Positions 1 through 11,711 of a stretch of 64,000 nt of DNA are shown here, piece after piece; positions within the stretch are counted from its first letter, which is position 1; every line of letters starts with the position of its first letter. This DNA is from Candidatus Kerfeldbacteria bacterium (lineage in GTDB: Bacteria; Patescibacteriota; Patescibacteriia; SBBC01; CAIJZX01). The translations under genes and the position numbers were made by a program. The stretch covers positions 727,478 through 791,477 of the forward strand of contig JACPSJ010000001.1 of NCBI GenBank assembly GCA_016193315.1. The letters run 5' to 3'. Below the pieces are notes generated by a model. The model saw only the letters and a list, made by a program, of their open reading frames with translations. It ran no database searches and was not told the DNA's origin.

Positions 1-580
1 AATCAACGAATAGGAAGGATACAGAGAAGACGGCCATTTGCATCACGGCCAAAGCCACGATACCCGGCAACAGGAAATCGATGTACTTCAGGTTACGGGA
101 ATTAACCGCCTGAACGTCAAGTCGGAACAGCGGCGGCGCCTGGGCCACCGCCAGTATCGTTTGATCGAGGATTTGCTGGAGCACGCTGGACGCAGTTTGG
201 GCCTGCTGCAGTTGGCCGGTATTCTGGAGCACCGTCAGCGACCGCGGGTTTTGCACCGGACCGGTGGGAATGAGATCATCCGGCACCAGCAAGACCACGG
301 TCCGATCACCGTCGTCGAGTGCGTTTCGCTCGGTGGCCTCCGGCCCGGTGGTAATATCGAAAGCCGGAACCTTCTTGAGCTGGGTCAGAAACTCCGCCGT
401 GGCCGGAGTTGGGCTATCTACCACCAGGCCAACCTTGATTTTGGGTTCGGTATCGAAACCAATCAGTCCGAAAATGGTCATGATCACGATCGGCACAAAC
501 AGGGTAAAAAACACCGCTTGCCGGTTGCGCACAAACATCTTAATCGATGAACTGGTCAGGGTGGCAAGCGTGTTGGCCAT
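1..580 (-). CDS. ABC-2 type transporter permease (partial, runs off window start)
   Basis: Hand translation from ATG 580: MANTLATLTSSSIKMFVRNRQAVFFTLFVPIVIMTIFG...YIDFLLPGIVALAVMQ; directly downstream of an ABC ATPase. Confidence 0.85.
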   Translation of the reverse strand, partial: MANTLATLTSSSIKMFVRNRQAVFFTLFVPIVIMTIFGLIGFDTEPKIKVGLVVDSPTPATAEFLTQLKKVPAFDITTGPEATERNALDDGDRTVVLLVPDDLIPTGPVQNPRSLTVLQNTGQLQQAQTASSVLQQILDQTILAVAQAPPLFRLDVQAVNSRNLKYIDFLLPGIVALAVMQMAVFSVSFLFVD

Positions 581-589
581 CGTGAACGG

Positions 590-1507
590 CTATTCGCGAA
601 GTTTTCGGCCAGTCAGCTTCAAGAAGACGTCTTCCAGCGTTGCCTGCCGCAGCTGGAGATCGAAAATCTTGAACCCGTGTTGCGCTTCAACCGCAAATAG
701 GGCCGGCAATGTCTTCTCTGGATCGATCGTCAGGAGTTTAAAGCCATGATCCTCCGCATCCATCTGTTGCACGGCCGGCAACTGCTGGATAATCTCGGTC
801 GGGGGTCGACGGTTAGCCCGAAACTCAATGGTCGAGCCGACGTCCGACTGCTTCAGCAGTTCTTGGGGTGTGCCAAGGGCAATGATGTGGGCATGGTCCA
901 TGATCGCCACCCGGTCGCAGAGGACTTCTGCTTCTTCCATATAGTGGGTGGTCAGAATCACTGTCTTCCCCTTGGCTTTAATGTTTTCAATCAAGTCCCA
1001 TAGGTTCCGACGGGCTTGCGGATCAAGGCCGGTCGTCGGCTCGTCAAGGAAAACCGCCAGCGGATCGTTGACTAAGGCGACGGCAATCGACAGCCGCTGC
1101 TTCTGGCCGCCGGAGAGTTCTTTGACGCGGCTCTTCCATTTGTCCTCGAGTTGTACCTGGCGAAGAAGCTGCATCGCATCAACCTTCCGACCGTAGAGGC
1201 TGGCGAAAGTCTCAACTAGTTCTTTCAAGTTCAGGCCGTCAAAAAAAGAGGAGGCTTGGAGCTGGACGCCGATTCGGTGCTTGACGTCCCGCGGACGATT
1301 CTTGACGCTCAAGCCGTCGAGCACCACTTCGCCGGCGGTAATGCTTTTCAGACCTTCGATCATCTCCAAGGTCGTCGTCTTCCCAGCGCCGTTTGGACCG
1401 AGGATGCCAAACGTTTCACCGCGGTGCACGGAAAATGAAATGCCGTCGACGGCCGTGAAATCGCCGTAACGCTTAGTCAGGTTGGTGACAGTAATGAGAT
1501 CGGACAT
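590..1507 (-). CDS. ABC transporter ATP-binding protein (DrrA-like)
   Basis: Walker A GPNGAGKTT, signature LSGGQ, Walker B VFLDEP, H-loop TTH. Confidence 0.95.
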   Translation of the reverse strand: MSDLITVTNLTKRYGDFTAVDGISFSVHRGETFGILGPNGAGKTTTLEMIEGLKSITAGEVVLDGLSVKNRPRDVKHRIGVQLQASSFFDGLNLKELVETFASLYGRKVDAMQLLRQVQLEDKWKSRVKELSGGQKQRLSIAVALVNDPLAVFLDEPTTGLDPQARRNLWDLIENIKAKGKTVILTTHYMEEAEVLCDRVAIMDHAHIIALGTPQELLKQSDVGSTIEFRANRRPPTEIIQQLPAVQQMDAEDHGFKLLTIDPEKTLPALFAVEAQHGFKIFDLQLRQATLEDVFLKLTGRKLRE

Positions 1508-1513
1508 AATTGG

Positions 1514-2146
1514 CTAGAACCCAAGTTTTTCTTTCACCAATACCACGGTAATCCGACCGGGAATGCGCTCGCGGGTAATGGTCAGGATCTTGCTGATACC
1601 GCTGTGGAAACCATGGGCTTGAAAGAGCCGTTGATCTTCGAGCGGCAAACTATACTCCGGCAAACGCTGCCCAGCTTGAACATCGTTCTGGACAAGCTTC
1701 TGGCTGCCGACGACGAAGATCACGTGCGCCGCACCGGAAACATAGGCACTGAGCTGGCTGCCGGTATTCGACGCGATGAACAAATGTCCATCTTCGGTCA
1801 CGGCATGGACGCTGCCAACAGCCCAATCAGGAGTTGCACCAAGGATTCTTTTCTCTTTGGCTTGGGTGGCGGTATCCATGGCGGTTAGCTTCTGCCGCAC
1901 CGATTCGTAATGGCCAGATTCATCAATCGCCTCGGCCAAGCCGATGGCCTTGAGCGTCTGCGATTGCATCGTAAAAACCTGACCGCCGGGCGGTAAGCGT
2001 TTTAGAACTTCCTCTTTCGCTTCTGCGCCAGTCGAGACTACGAGTGCATCCATGCCGTTGGCCGTAAGCGCCGCTACCGCATTCTTCAGCCGGGCGTCAG
2101 AAGCGAGTTGGGCGAATTGTGGATTCGGCTCCATCGACTCAGGCAT
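1514..2146 (-). CDS. LUD (lactate utilization) domain protein
   Basis: Motifs GSVHAVTEDG, ASNTGSQL, VVGSQKLV, GRITVVLV; start chosen at MPESM. Confidence 0.75.
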   Translation of the reverse strand: MPESMEPNPQFAQLASDARLKNAVAALTANGMDALVVSTGAEAKEEVLKRLPPGGQVFTMQSQTLKAIGLAEAIDESGHYESVRQKLTAMDTATQAKEKRILGATPDWAVGSVHAVTEDGHLFIASNTGSQLSAYVSGAAHVIFVVGSQKLVQNDVQAGQRLPEYSLPLEDQRLFQAHGFHSGISKILTITRERIPGRITVVLVKEKLGF

Positions 2147-2651
2147 GGGAGGCAGCCACCGGCTGAGATACGTGGTGGCTGGATGTTCGAAACCCACACA
2201 TCAAAATCTTGCCTTTTTCCCAAATTGCATCGAGTAGGGCGTCAAGATTCTGGCGCAGCGCGTCTTTCTGCCTTGGGTTGAGGACTTTGAACAAGTCGCT
2301 GAATTTCGCATCGAGCAGTTCGCCAGCGGTGGCGGCTTTCTTGGCTCCTTGATGAGTCAGGGTCAATCGACGTTCGCGCCGATTCTTAGGATTGACCGTC
2401 CGCGAAATCCACTTTTTCTCCACCAAAGGGTCAATCTGACGACTGACTGCCCCGGCGGTCAGACCGTGGAAATTGGCAATTTTCTTCTGGGAAATTTGAC
2501 CGGCATGTTGGAGCCAGCGGAGGAGCCGGTACTGCGCAAAGGTCAGGTCGGCGCCTTCGCGGAGAGTTTGAACAGCGATCCGATCCATGAGGAAGGTTAA
2601 TTTATGAATTTTGATGCTGATATCTTTACTCGGGTTCTGGGAATATGTCAT
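2139..2651 (-). CDS. MarR family transcriptional regulator
   Basis: LTFAQYRLL...AVSRQIDPLVEKKWISRTVNPKNRRERRLTLTHQG winged helix. Confidence 0.9.
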   Translation of the reverse strand: MTYSQNPSKDISIKIHKLTFLMDRIAVQTLREGADLTFAQYRLLRWLQHAGQISQKKIANFHGLTAGAVSRQIDPLVEKKWISRTVNPKNRRERRLTLTHQGAKKAATAGELLDAKFSDLFKVLNPRQKDALRQNLDALLDAIWEKGKILMCGFRTSSHHVSQPVAASHA

Positions 2652-2752
2652 AGGTATCCACAGTTTACAGATCAACAGTTTACATGTCAAGTATTAACGA
2701 AAGCTGGCCCGTGACTTACCGATTGGGCTGGCGAGGTTAGGGTTATGACTGT

Positions 2753-5185
<2,433 letters not shown>

Positions 5186-5229
5186 CTAAGTGTAGCACAA
5201 AAGCGGCTGATTGGGCAAGGCTCACGAAC

Positions 5230-5258
5230 TTGACAGTATACCCTCTTTTTGCTACAGT
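5230..5258 (+). promoter_or_regulatory. sigma70-type promoter
   Basis: TTGACA-17 bp-TACAGT with TG extension, upstream of an SD-led small ORF. Confidence 0.65.
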
Positions 5259-5324
5259 CGCCAGGCCTCAAAAACGCCCGTTTGCACACTGGTTTCCACC
5301 CACGGCTTGAAAGGAGGGAGCGTC

Positions 5325-5513
5325 GTGAACAAACGACGAAAACGATTGGGCGCTCCCATGGATGGAAGCGAGCATGTGCTGGATCAGGCTCGGCGCGAGG
5401 CCCGGGAGCTTGCCCGGCGACCAGACCGTACCTTCAGGAGACTGCAGCGGGTTCGTCGACGTCTGACTCGCTCGACGTCAGCCGGAACTCGCCCGCTTGC
5501 ACGCGGGCGATAA
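5325..5513 (+). CDS. small Arg-rich hypothetical protein
   Basis: AGGAGG SD before GTG, promoter upstream; overlaps the 3' end of the convergent gene by 80 bp. Confidence 0.45.
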   Translation: MNKRRKRLGAPMDGSEHVLDQARREARELARRPDRTFRRLQRVRRRLTRSTSAGTRPLARGR

Positions 5514-6708
5514 AGGCACCGTCTCTCGTGCGGTAGAAATGGCTGAGTCCTTCCCGCACCACCTCCGCCTGGGCATCCTGGTGGAGGGTTTTTTGTTCTT
5601 GCGCCAGGCCGGCCAGATGCTGCTCCAACGCCAGCAGCTCATCCAAGACGGCGGGATCGGCCTGCCGGCCGGCCAACACCTTTCGTTCGAGTGCAATCTG
5701 CGCTGACAACTCTTCGACCACCATCCCCCGAAAGACGGCTGGATCCCGATACTGCGCCGCCAGCCGTTCGGCTTTCTCCAGCGTGGCGAAATCAGTACCC
5801 GGCTGGTCAGCCGCCGCATCAAGCAGCGCCAGGTGGCGATACATGCGTTCCGCGCGGCCCGGATCGATCGATAACACCCCGCGATAGAACCACTCCCCGG
5901 CCGCGAGATGCTCGGTGCCGTATTTCAGCTGATCGTGGGGTTGTTCAACCAGGCGCTGCAATTTTGCGGCGATCTGCTCTTCGCTGGCGCCGATGGTGAA
6001 ATCGATGCCAAGGCTAACCTGCCGCGCCTGCCCCTTGCCATCAACGAATTCCAGGCGTACGACCGCGTCCACGCCCCGGACATAGTCGTCAAACTTTGTG
6101 GTCGGGTGCGATTCCACGAGGGTCCGTTCACCGAACACGCGGGCTCGTTCCAACCACGGGAAGAAAGCCGACTCGAGCCGGTCCGTGACTTCAAAGAATC
6201 TTTGGCCCCGTTCTGATTGGGCCTGCCGCACTTGTTCCACCCGCCCGACCCGGGCCGCGTCCTCGAGCCGATACTCGATTGGGTGGCCGTCGCGACCGCG
6301 TGGGTCACGTTCCGTCGTCCACTCGCGAAATCGTGCTTCGGCTAGATGGTCAGCCCGAGCTGCCAGGCGACGATTTTGTTCAGCCAGGGAAACCGATCGG
6401 CGATCCTCCTGCAGGCGGCGATATTCCCGGAGCTGTTCCGCGATATTCCAGCGGAGATCGGCGGGTGCGATCGGCTTGGCCCGGAACCGCTTGCCTTCGG
6501 CCCGGGCCTTGTGGCCGGTTCGTTCCAAGACCTCGCCCAGGGTCCGGGCCTTATCCACGCCGGCTGCCTGCAGCTCCGATACCAGTCGGCGTTCAAAGCG
6601 CCCCAGCTCCTGATCGGGGATGGCTTCCAGATCCTTGGCTGAGTACCGTGCCCAGGCTTCAATCCCCTGTTCTGTCCAGGGCAGGGAAATCTCGGGGTGG
6701 ATAACCAT
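5434..6708 (-). CDS. hypothetical protein, possible PD-(D/E)XK-like fold
   Basis: Long ORF following pheT; DDYVRGVDAVV...LGIDFT resembles a restriction-endonuclease-like acidic motif. Confidence 0.65.
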   Translation of the reverse strand: MVIHPEISLPWTEQGIEAWARYSAKDLEAIPDQELGRFERRLVSELQAAGVDKARTLGEVLERTGHKARAEGKRFRAKPIAPADLRWNIAEQLREYRRLQEDRRSVSLAEQNRRLAARADHLAEARFREWTTERDPRGRDGHPIEYRLEDAARVGRVEQVRQAQSERGQRFFEVTDRLESAFFPWLERARVFGERTLVESHPTTKFDDYVRGVDAVVRLEFVDGKGQARQVSLGIDFTIGASEEQIAAKLQRLVEQPHDQLKYGTEHLAAGEWFYRGVLSIDPGRAERMYRHLALLDAAADQPGTDFATLEKAERLAAQYRDPAVFRGMVVEELSAQIALERKVLAGRQADPAVLDELLALEQHLAGLAQEQKTLHQDAQAEVVREGLSHFYRTRDGAFIARVQAGEFRLTSSESDVDEPAAVS

Positions 6709-6718
6709 GGTCTGAGAA

Positions 6719-8947
6719 TTAACGGATTGTGGCGCCAAGCTTCACCAGCCCATCTTTGATCGTGGCTTCGAGTTTGTCAACCTCGGCTTTCATTAAGGTC
6801 CGGTCGGGGGATTGAAAGATGAGTTCGAAGGTCAGGCTCTGCTGCTGCCCTTGCTGAAATTGATCGATTTTCCTAATGGTCGTCAGGAGTCCTCCGCCCA
6901 GCCGGCGCAATGTTTCATGAATACTCGGGGCCGATAACCGGCGGGGAATCCAAAGAGAAATATCTCTTTTGACTGACGGAAATTTCGATCGGGCCTGGTA
7001 TTTTTTCGGCCCCCACCCTTGGTTGATGTCGTCGAGATTGAATTCTACCCATTCGAGATCCCGTCCTTTCATTTGGTCGTGTGCGATCGGGCGCAGCAAA
7101 CCCGTCACTCCAAGCGCTTCCTGGAATAACCGTAGGTCCTCTTCAAGCCCAAGACCGCCCCCGGTTTTGTGACATCGCCCAAGGGCCAGAATCCATGGTT
7201 GAAGTTTCATCTCTTTGCCAAACACACGCCCGACCTCAAAAATCCTTGTATCGTGCCCCGCATCCGCGGCGGACATAAGAATACGGCGGATACCGGGTTT
7301 GAGGCTCAGCCGAAGGTATTGCTGCGTCTGATCAAGCGGGTTCGCGACTCTTACGTGTGCGTTGCGGTCTCCGGCATTGGAACTCTCGTCTCCACCGTAA
7401 TACGTATGGGTGATAACCTCAAGAAAACCTAAACGAGCCAGCGTGTCTCTCAGCTGATCCTTCAAGACAAGTGAGAATGGTAATGGTTTGGGGATCGACG
7501 GCGCCGTCGGCCACGACTCCAGAAGATGCTCGTATCCCACCATCCGCCCCACTTCATCCACGAGGTCCTCGGGAACGGTCGCGTCAAGCCGCCACTCCGG
7601 CACCGTGACCTTCCATGACTTCGACCCAGCTACCTTGAAACCAAGTTTGCCTAAGGTGGCTTTGCTTTTCGCGGCGGCAATGTTCGTCCCTAGGCGTTCC
7701 TTGACGTACTTTGGGTTGAAGGTGATGATTTTGGATTTTGACTTCACACCGCCAACCCGGACACTCCCCTGTTCCAACGTTCCGCCGCAAAGTTCAACGA
7801 TGAATGACGATGCAGCTTCGCTCGCTTCCTCCGGCAAACTTTGCCACAGTCCGCGTTCGAACCGTTTTGACGCTTCGGAGACTAAACCAAGCTTCCGCGA
7901 CGTCCGGCGGATCGAGATCGAATCAAAAATAGCCGCTTCGATGATGATGTCCTTGGTCGCATCGGACACCTCCGAATCGCGTCCGCCCATGATCCCGGCC
8001 AAGGCGGTCGGGCCGCGCGGGTCGGCGATGACGAGCATACTCGGATCCAGCCCGCGCGTCTGGGCATCAAGCGTGACGAGTTTCTCACCCACCCGCGCGG
8101 TCCGGACCACAATTCTTCCGTCTGACACTTTGGCGGCGTCGAAGGCATGGAGCGGCTGGCCGTACTCCAGCATGATGTAGTTCGTGGCGTCGACCACGGC
8201 GTTGATCGGCCGCATGCCGGCCGAGCGGAGACGTTGCTGTAACCAAGCGGGTGACGGACCGAGTGTTACGCCGTGGATGACTCGCGCCATGTAAACCGGA
8301 CATTGTTTGGGTGCCAGAACTTGGACCGCCACCGATCGCCCGGCCGGACGTTTGGCTCGGGGCGGTGCCGGTGAGGTTAGTTTTGGAGTCGTTCCGAGTA
8401 TGGTTCCTATTTCCCGCGCCAATCCTCGCACCGACAGCAAATCCGCCCGATTGGCCGGGATGGCCAGGTCGAGAATAACGTCCGACGCCCCGAGCACGCG
8501 CCCCAACGGCGTTCCGACTTTGATCGCGGTATCCAGAACCAGGACCCCGGCATGATTGTATCCTAGTCCAAGTTCATCCTCGGCGCAGATCATACCACCT
8601 GACTGAACGCCACGGATGGTTCGCGATTCGACGATTTGGCCGTTGGCGAGTTTCGCCCCCACCAATGCCACTGGGACCTTTTGGCCAACTGCGATATTCG
8701 GCGCGCCGCAGACGATCTGGCGTGGTCGGTCGCCGGGCTTGGTTACGACCTCGGCCAACTGCAGTTTGTCGGCATTCGGATGCGGCTTGATGGAAACGAT
8801 TTTGCCGACCACAAACTTCTCGAACTGACCGCGTCGATCAATCAGCTGCTCGACTTCCAGCCCGTGCATCATCAACGTCGCCACCAACTTCGGAGTCGGC
8901 GGCAAGCGGGGCAAGAATTCTTTCAGCCAAGAGAGGGGTAAGAGCAT
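6719..8947 (-). CDS. pheT: phenylalanine--tRNA ligase beta subunit
   Basis: HPNADKL, IVCGAPN, NRADLLS, GQPLHAFD, ASKRFERG, C-terminal RDISL anticodon-binding domain. Confidence 0.97.
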   Translation of the reverse strand: MLLPLSWLKEFLPRLPPTPKLVATLMMHGLEVEQLIDRRGQFEKFVVGKIVSIKPHPNADKLQLAEVVTKPGDRPRQIVCGAPNIAVGQKVPVALVGAKLANGQIVESRTIRGVQSGGMICAEDELGLGYNHAGVLVLDTAIKVGTPLGRVLGASDVILDLAIPANRADLLSVRGLAREIGTILGTTPKLTSPAPPRAKRPAGRSVAVQVLAPKQCPVYMARVIHGVTLGPSPAWLQQRLRSAGMRPINAVVDATNYIMLEYGQPLHAFDAAKVSDGRIVVRTARVGEKLVTLDAQTRGLDPSMLVIADPRGPTALAGIMGGRDSEVSDATKDIIIEAAIFDSISIRRTSRKLGLVSEASKRFERGLWQSLPEEASEAASSFIVELCGGTLEQGSVRVGGVKSKSKIITFNPKYVKERLGTNIAAAKSKATLGKLGFKVAGSKSWKVTVPEWRLDATVPEDLVDEVGRMVGYEHLLESWPTAPSIPKPLPFSLVLKDQLRDTLARLGFLEVITHTYYGGDESSNAGDRNAHVRVANPLDQTQQYLRLSLKPGIRRILMSAADAGHDTRIFEVGRVFGKEMKLQPWILALGRCHKTGGGLGLEEDLRLFQEALGVTGLLRPIAHDQMKGRDLEWVEFNLDDINQGWGPKKYQARSKFPSVKRDISLWIPRRLSAPSIHETLRRLGGGLLTTIRKIDQFQQGQQQSLTFELIFQSPDRTLMKAEVDKLEATIKDGLVKLGATIR

Positions 8948-9023
8948 CCCGTTAGACGTTATCTAATTCAAGGCTCTGAGGCCGAAACAGACAAATCGTA
9001 GTGGGTAGCGGACGTCTAACGGG
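8948..9023. repeat. inverted-repeat element CCCGTTAGACGT...ACGTCTAACGGG
   Basis: 12-bp perfect terminal inverted repeat filling the pheS-pheT gap; same termini as 59476-59555. Confidence 0.75.
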
Positions 9024-9028
9024 GAACA

Positions 9029-10030
9029 TCAAAACTGCTGTAAGAATTCCAAATTACCGCTGTAGAAGAGTCGGATGTCAGGGATGCCATACTCGAGCAT
9101 GGCCAGGCGATCAAGGCCCATCCCAAAGGCAAAGCCTTGCCACTGGTTCGGCTTCAAGCCCATCGACCGAACGACATTCGGATGGACCAGGCCAGCCCCG
9201 AGGATTTCTAGCCATTGACCCGGCTTGCTTGGCTGTTTCCACCACAGATCGAGTTCGATCCCCGGTTCGACAAATGGGAAGAAACTCGGGCGGATACGGC
9301 TCGGTTTCCCCGGATAGAGTCGATCCATGAAGGCTTTCAAGGTCGTCACTAGGTGGGCCATCGTCACTTGCCGATCGACCAACACGCCATCGCACTGAAA
9401 GAACATAGACTCGTGCGTGGCATCGGTCGCTTCGTGTCGGTAGACTTTGCCGATTTCAACGACTTTGAAGGGTGGTTTGACGCCGTAACTTTTTGGCCAC
9501 CGAATTTGGACGGTCGAGGTATGGGTACGGAGAACAAGCTCCGGGTGATCCTGGATAAAGAACGTGTCTTGTACATCTCGGGCCGGATGGTCAGGCGGCA
9601 CGTTCAGATCGTCGAAATTAGTCTTCGCTTCCTCGAGCTCCGGGCCTTCGTAGACGTCGTAACCGAAACTCCGCCAAATCTCCATCACCCGCCGACTGAA
9701 TAACGTCAGCGGATGGAGGTGACCGCGTTCCGGACGTCCGACGGGCAGCGAGCGATCAATGGGGCGGTCGCTCGTCGGTAGACTCCGCCGCCGTTCGATG
9801 AGTAATGCTTCGATGCGCCGTTTGACCTCATTGGCTTGCCGCCCAAGACCACGCCGTTCCTCCAGCGGGAGATGTGGCAGCGTCTGCAGCGCGGTGGTGA
9901 TCTTACCTCGCCGCCCAAGATACTCAACCCGCACCGCCTCCAGTGCCGGCAAAGTGGCGGCTTGACGAACGGCGATGCTGGCCGCCTGTTCGAGTGCCCT
10001 TAGATACGCTGGCGTCAGTCGAATGATCAT
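9029..10030 (-). CDS. pheS: phenylalanine--tRNA ligase alpha subunit
   Basis: GHLHP, HPARDVQDTF, LRTHTS, FPFVEP, GFAFGMGLDR. Confidence 0.97.
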   Translation of the reverse strand: MIIRLTPAYLRALEQAASIAVRQAATLPALEAVRVEYLGRRGKITTALQTLPHLPLEERRGLGRQANEVKRRIEALLIERRRSLPTSDRPIDRSLPVGRPERGHLHPLTLFSRRVMEIWRSFGYDVYEGPELEEAKTNFDDLNVPPDHPARDVQDTFFIQDHPELVLRTHTSTVQIRWPKSYGVKPPFKVVEIGKVYRHEATDATHESMFFQCDGVLVDRQVTMAHLVTTLKAFMDRLYPGKPSRIRPSFFPFVEPGIELDLWWKQPSKPGQWLEILGAGLVHPNVVRSMGLKPNQWQGFAFGMGLDRLAMLEYGIPDIRLFYSGNLEFLQQF

Positions 10031-10419
10031 GGATTCCTGATGCGGCGGCTGTCGGTGGCGAGGTAGAAGAACTCAACCATCAGCACCAGCAGCGCCAGGA
10101 CGACCGCCGTCCACCACCGGAGCAGGCGAGCAGCCTGGAGGAGGAGGGCCAGGATTGTCCCGCTGCTGAGAATGATTGCTTCCCGGAGCGCAATCTCGAC
10201 CTGTCGAAAAAGTACTTTCTCTCGATCGAGCCAGTAGCGAACGAAAAATCCGAGCAGGGTAATCGTGCCGAGTAGAGCCAACCACAAGCTGAGATAGAAC
10301 AGGGCCGGAGCGACCGCGCCATTCGTGAATGGGTTGAGCGTCGTCAAGACCAGCCACCAAGCGGTCCACGACATGATCGTGCCGGCGCCAAGGATGATCA
10401 GGAATTTCGCCAACGACAT
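10027..10419 (-). CDS. small 4-TM membrane protein
   Basis: Four hydrophobic helices; ATGA-coupled to pheS. Confidence 0.8.
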   Translation of the reverse strand: MSLAKFLIILGAGTIMSWTAWWLVLTTLNPFTNGAVAPALFYLSLWLALLGTITLLGFFVRYWLDREKVLFRQVEIALREAIILSSGTILALLLQAARLLRWWTAVVLALLVLMVEFFYLATDSRRIRNP

Positions 10420-10527
10420 ACGACCAGTTCAGTATAACGATTTTGCCAGCCCTTGACAACGGAAAACAGTCGGCGTAGACCAAAAACAGAAGCCCTTTCC
10501 ATCATCAACCCAAAGGAGGTGATCCTG

Positions 10528-11064
10528 GTGGTGCGGCTGGCTTCGTCTATTGAAACGCGCCGGTACAAGATGGCGTCGGCGATCGGCTTGGCCATCAGAG
10601 CCACCCAATCCCGCCCCGTCGTCAGGTGCCGCCGATTCCGGTTGCCGGCCTCGTTCCCAGTCGTCGAACGAGTGGACCATTTTGTCCGCCGCTTTGCTCG
10701 GCGGAATGGCATGACCGAGGACAACCTCATCCGGTTCAGCCTAGCCGTGGCCGAGGCGACCACCAACGCCGTCCAGCACGGACGCCAACCAGGACGGATC
10801 CAGTTCCTGTTTCTGGCCGTGGGGTTCTCGGGGCTGCGACATTTCAGTTGCTCGATCGACAACGCACCCCGCCTCAATCGAGCGCGACCAGCCCTGCCGC
10901 GAACCCAGCAGATCCGCCGACCGTTGACCCTTAGTACCGCGCCGCGTGGTCGGGGACGCCGGATCATCTATCAGATGGTGGACGGATTCCTGGCCATTCA
11001 TGTCCGGGCCCGCGGGCACGAATGCCGCCAGGTCGTCCTGACGCTGGATCAAATCGATCCGTAA
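10528..11064 (+). CDS. RsbW-like anti-sigma factor / HATPase_c_2 domain protein
   Basis: LAVAEATTNAVQHG N-box, GRGRRIIYQMVD G2-like box; AGGAGG SD; upstream TTGACA; terminator 11065-11091. Confidence 0.65.
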   Translation: MVRLASSIETRRYKMASAIGLAIRATQSRPVVRCRRFRLPASFPVVERVDHFVRRFARRNGMTEDNLIRFSLAVAEATTNAVQHGRQPGRIQFLFLAVGFSGLRHFSCSIDNAPRLNRARPALPRTQQIRRPLTLSTAPRGRGRRIIYQMVDGFLAIHVRARGHECRQVVLTLDQIDP

Positions 11065-11150
11065 CCCCTGCCTAGCCGGCGGGGGATTTTTCCGTGGTTG
11101 GCGCCTTGACAACAGACGACCAACAGCGCTAGGTTGTACGGGTTGTTTGC

Positions 11151-11296
11151 GGCGGGGTGCTCGAGAGGATGATGAGATGCCGACTACGCGGGTCGGTAGG
11201 TCCCAGAGCCACGATGCAGAATCTCAAGCTGTGTCCGCAATGCGGAATGCCTCCTTGAGAATCTGGGGCCCATGGGTTCGAATCCCATCCCCGCCG
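11151..11296 (+). tRNA. atypical tRNA-like gene (146 nt) with about 70-nt structured insert; identity uncertain, Arg(ACG)-like anticodon arm
   Basis: Acceptor GGCGGGG/CCCCGCC, D-arm CTC/GAG, perfect T-arm ATGGG-TTCGAAT-CCCAT; arm GCCGA-CTACGCGGG-TCGGT followed by AGGTC; TTGACA promoter at 11106. Confidence 0.6.
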
Positions 11297-11334
11297 CCTC
11301 GTATGCCCACCAACATCCTGATCACGTTCCTTTA

Positions 11335-11439
11335 GCGCCTGTCGCTCAGCTTGGAGAGTCACACCTTGCCAAGGTGGTTGCCGGAGTTTTCCACCCCGCA
11401 CCCATCGAGGTGCGGTGGACGTTCCTCTCAGGCGCTTCA
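11335..11439 (+). tRNA. tRNA-Gly(GCC) with 31-nt hairpin insert in the T-loop
   Basis: Acceptor GCGCCTG/CAGGCGC, discriminator T, anticodon arm CACC-TTGCCAA-GGTG; insert 11389-11419. Confidence 0.75.
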
Positions 11440-11447
11440 ACCTGTCA

Positions 11448-11625
11448 GCTCGGGTAGCTTAGCCCGGTAGAGCGTCTGATTCGTAATCAGATGGTCGCCG
11501 GGTCGCGGCGGGTTGAGGAACAAAGCAGATGAACTGCTTCATCTGCGTCCCGACGCGACGGGCGTCGCCATGTTTCGAAGGAACGGCGACGCCCAGGGCC
11601 ATGCCAAATCCGGCCCCGAGCTCCA
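11448..11625 (+). tRNA. tRNA-Thr(CGT) with 101-nt structured insert in the T-loop
   Basis: Acceptor GCTCGGG/CCCGAGC plus T-CCA, anticodon arm TCTGA-TTCGTAA-TCAGA, T-stem GCCGG/CCGGC; insert 11504-11604. Confidence 0.85.
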
Positions 11626-11635
11626 AGTCTTACCC

Positions 11636-11662
11636 CCCATCACTCGATGTGGGATTTTTTTT
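11636..11662 (+). terminator. intrinsic terminator of the tRNA cluster
   Basis: CCCA-TC...GA-TGTGGG hairpin followed by T8. Confidence 0.6.
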
Positions 11663-11711
11663 ATCGTCCGAAACTCGCAATCTTTTGGCAGCCGCGCTAC
11701 GCACCGAACCC

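Noticed and set aside
11151-11296. tRNA-Sec (selC)
   Set aside because: No TCA anticodon in a proper loop, and the acceptor stem and D-arm do not fit tRNA-Sec.
11504-11604. Group I/II or archaeal BHB intron as the tRNA insert
   Set aside because: Too short for group I/II cores, not in the anticodon loop, and no clear bulge-helix-bulge seen by eye.
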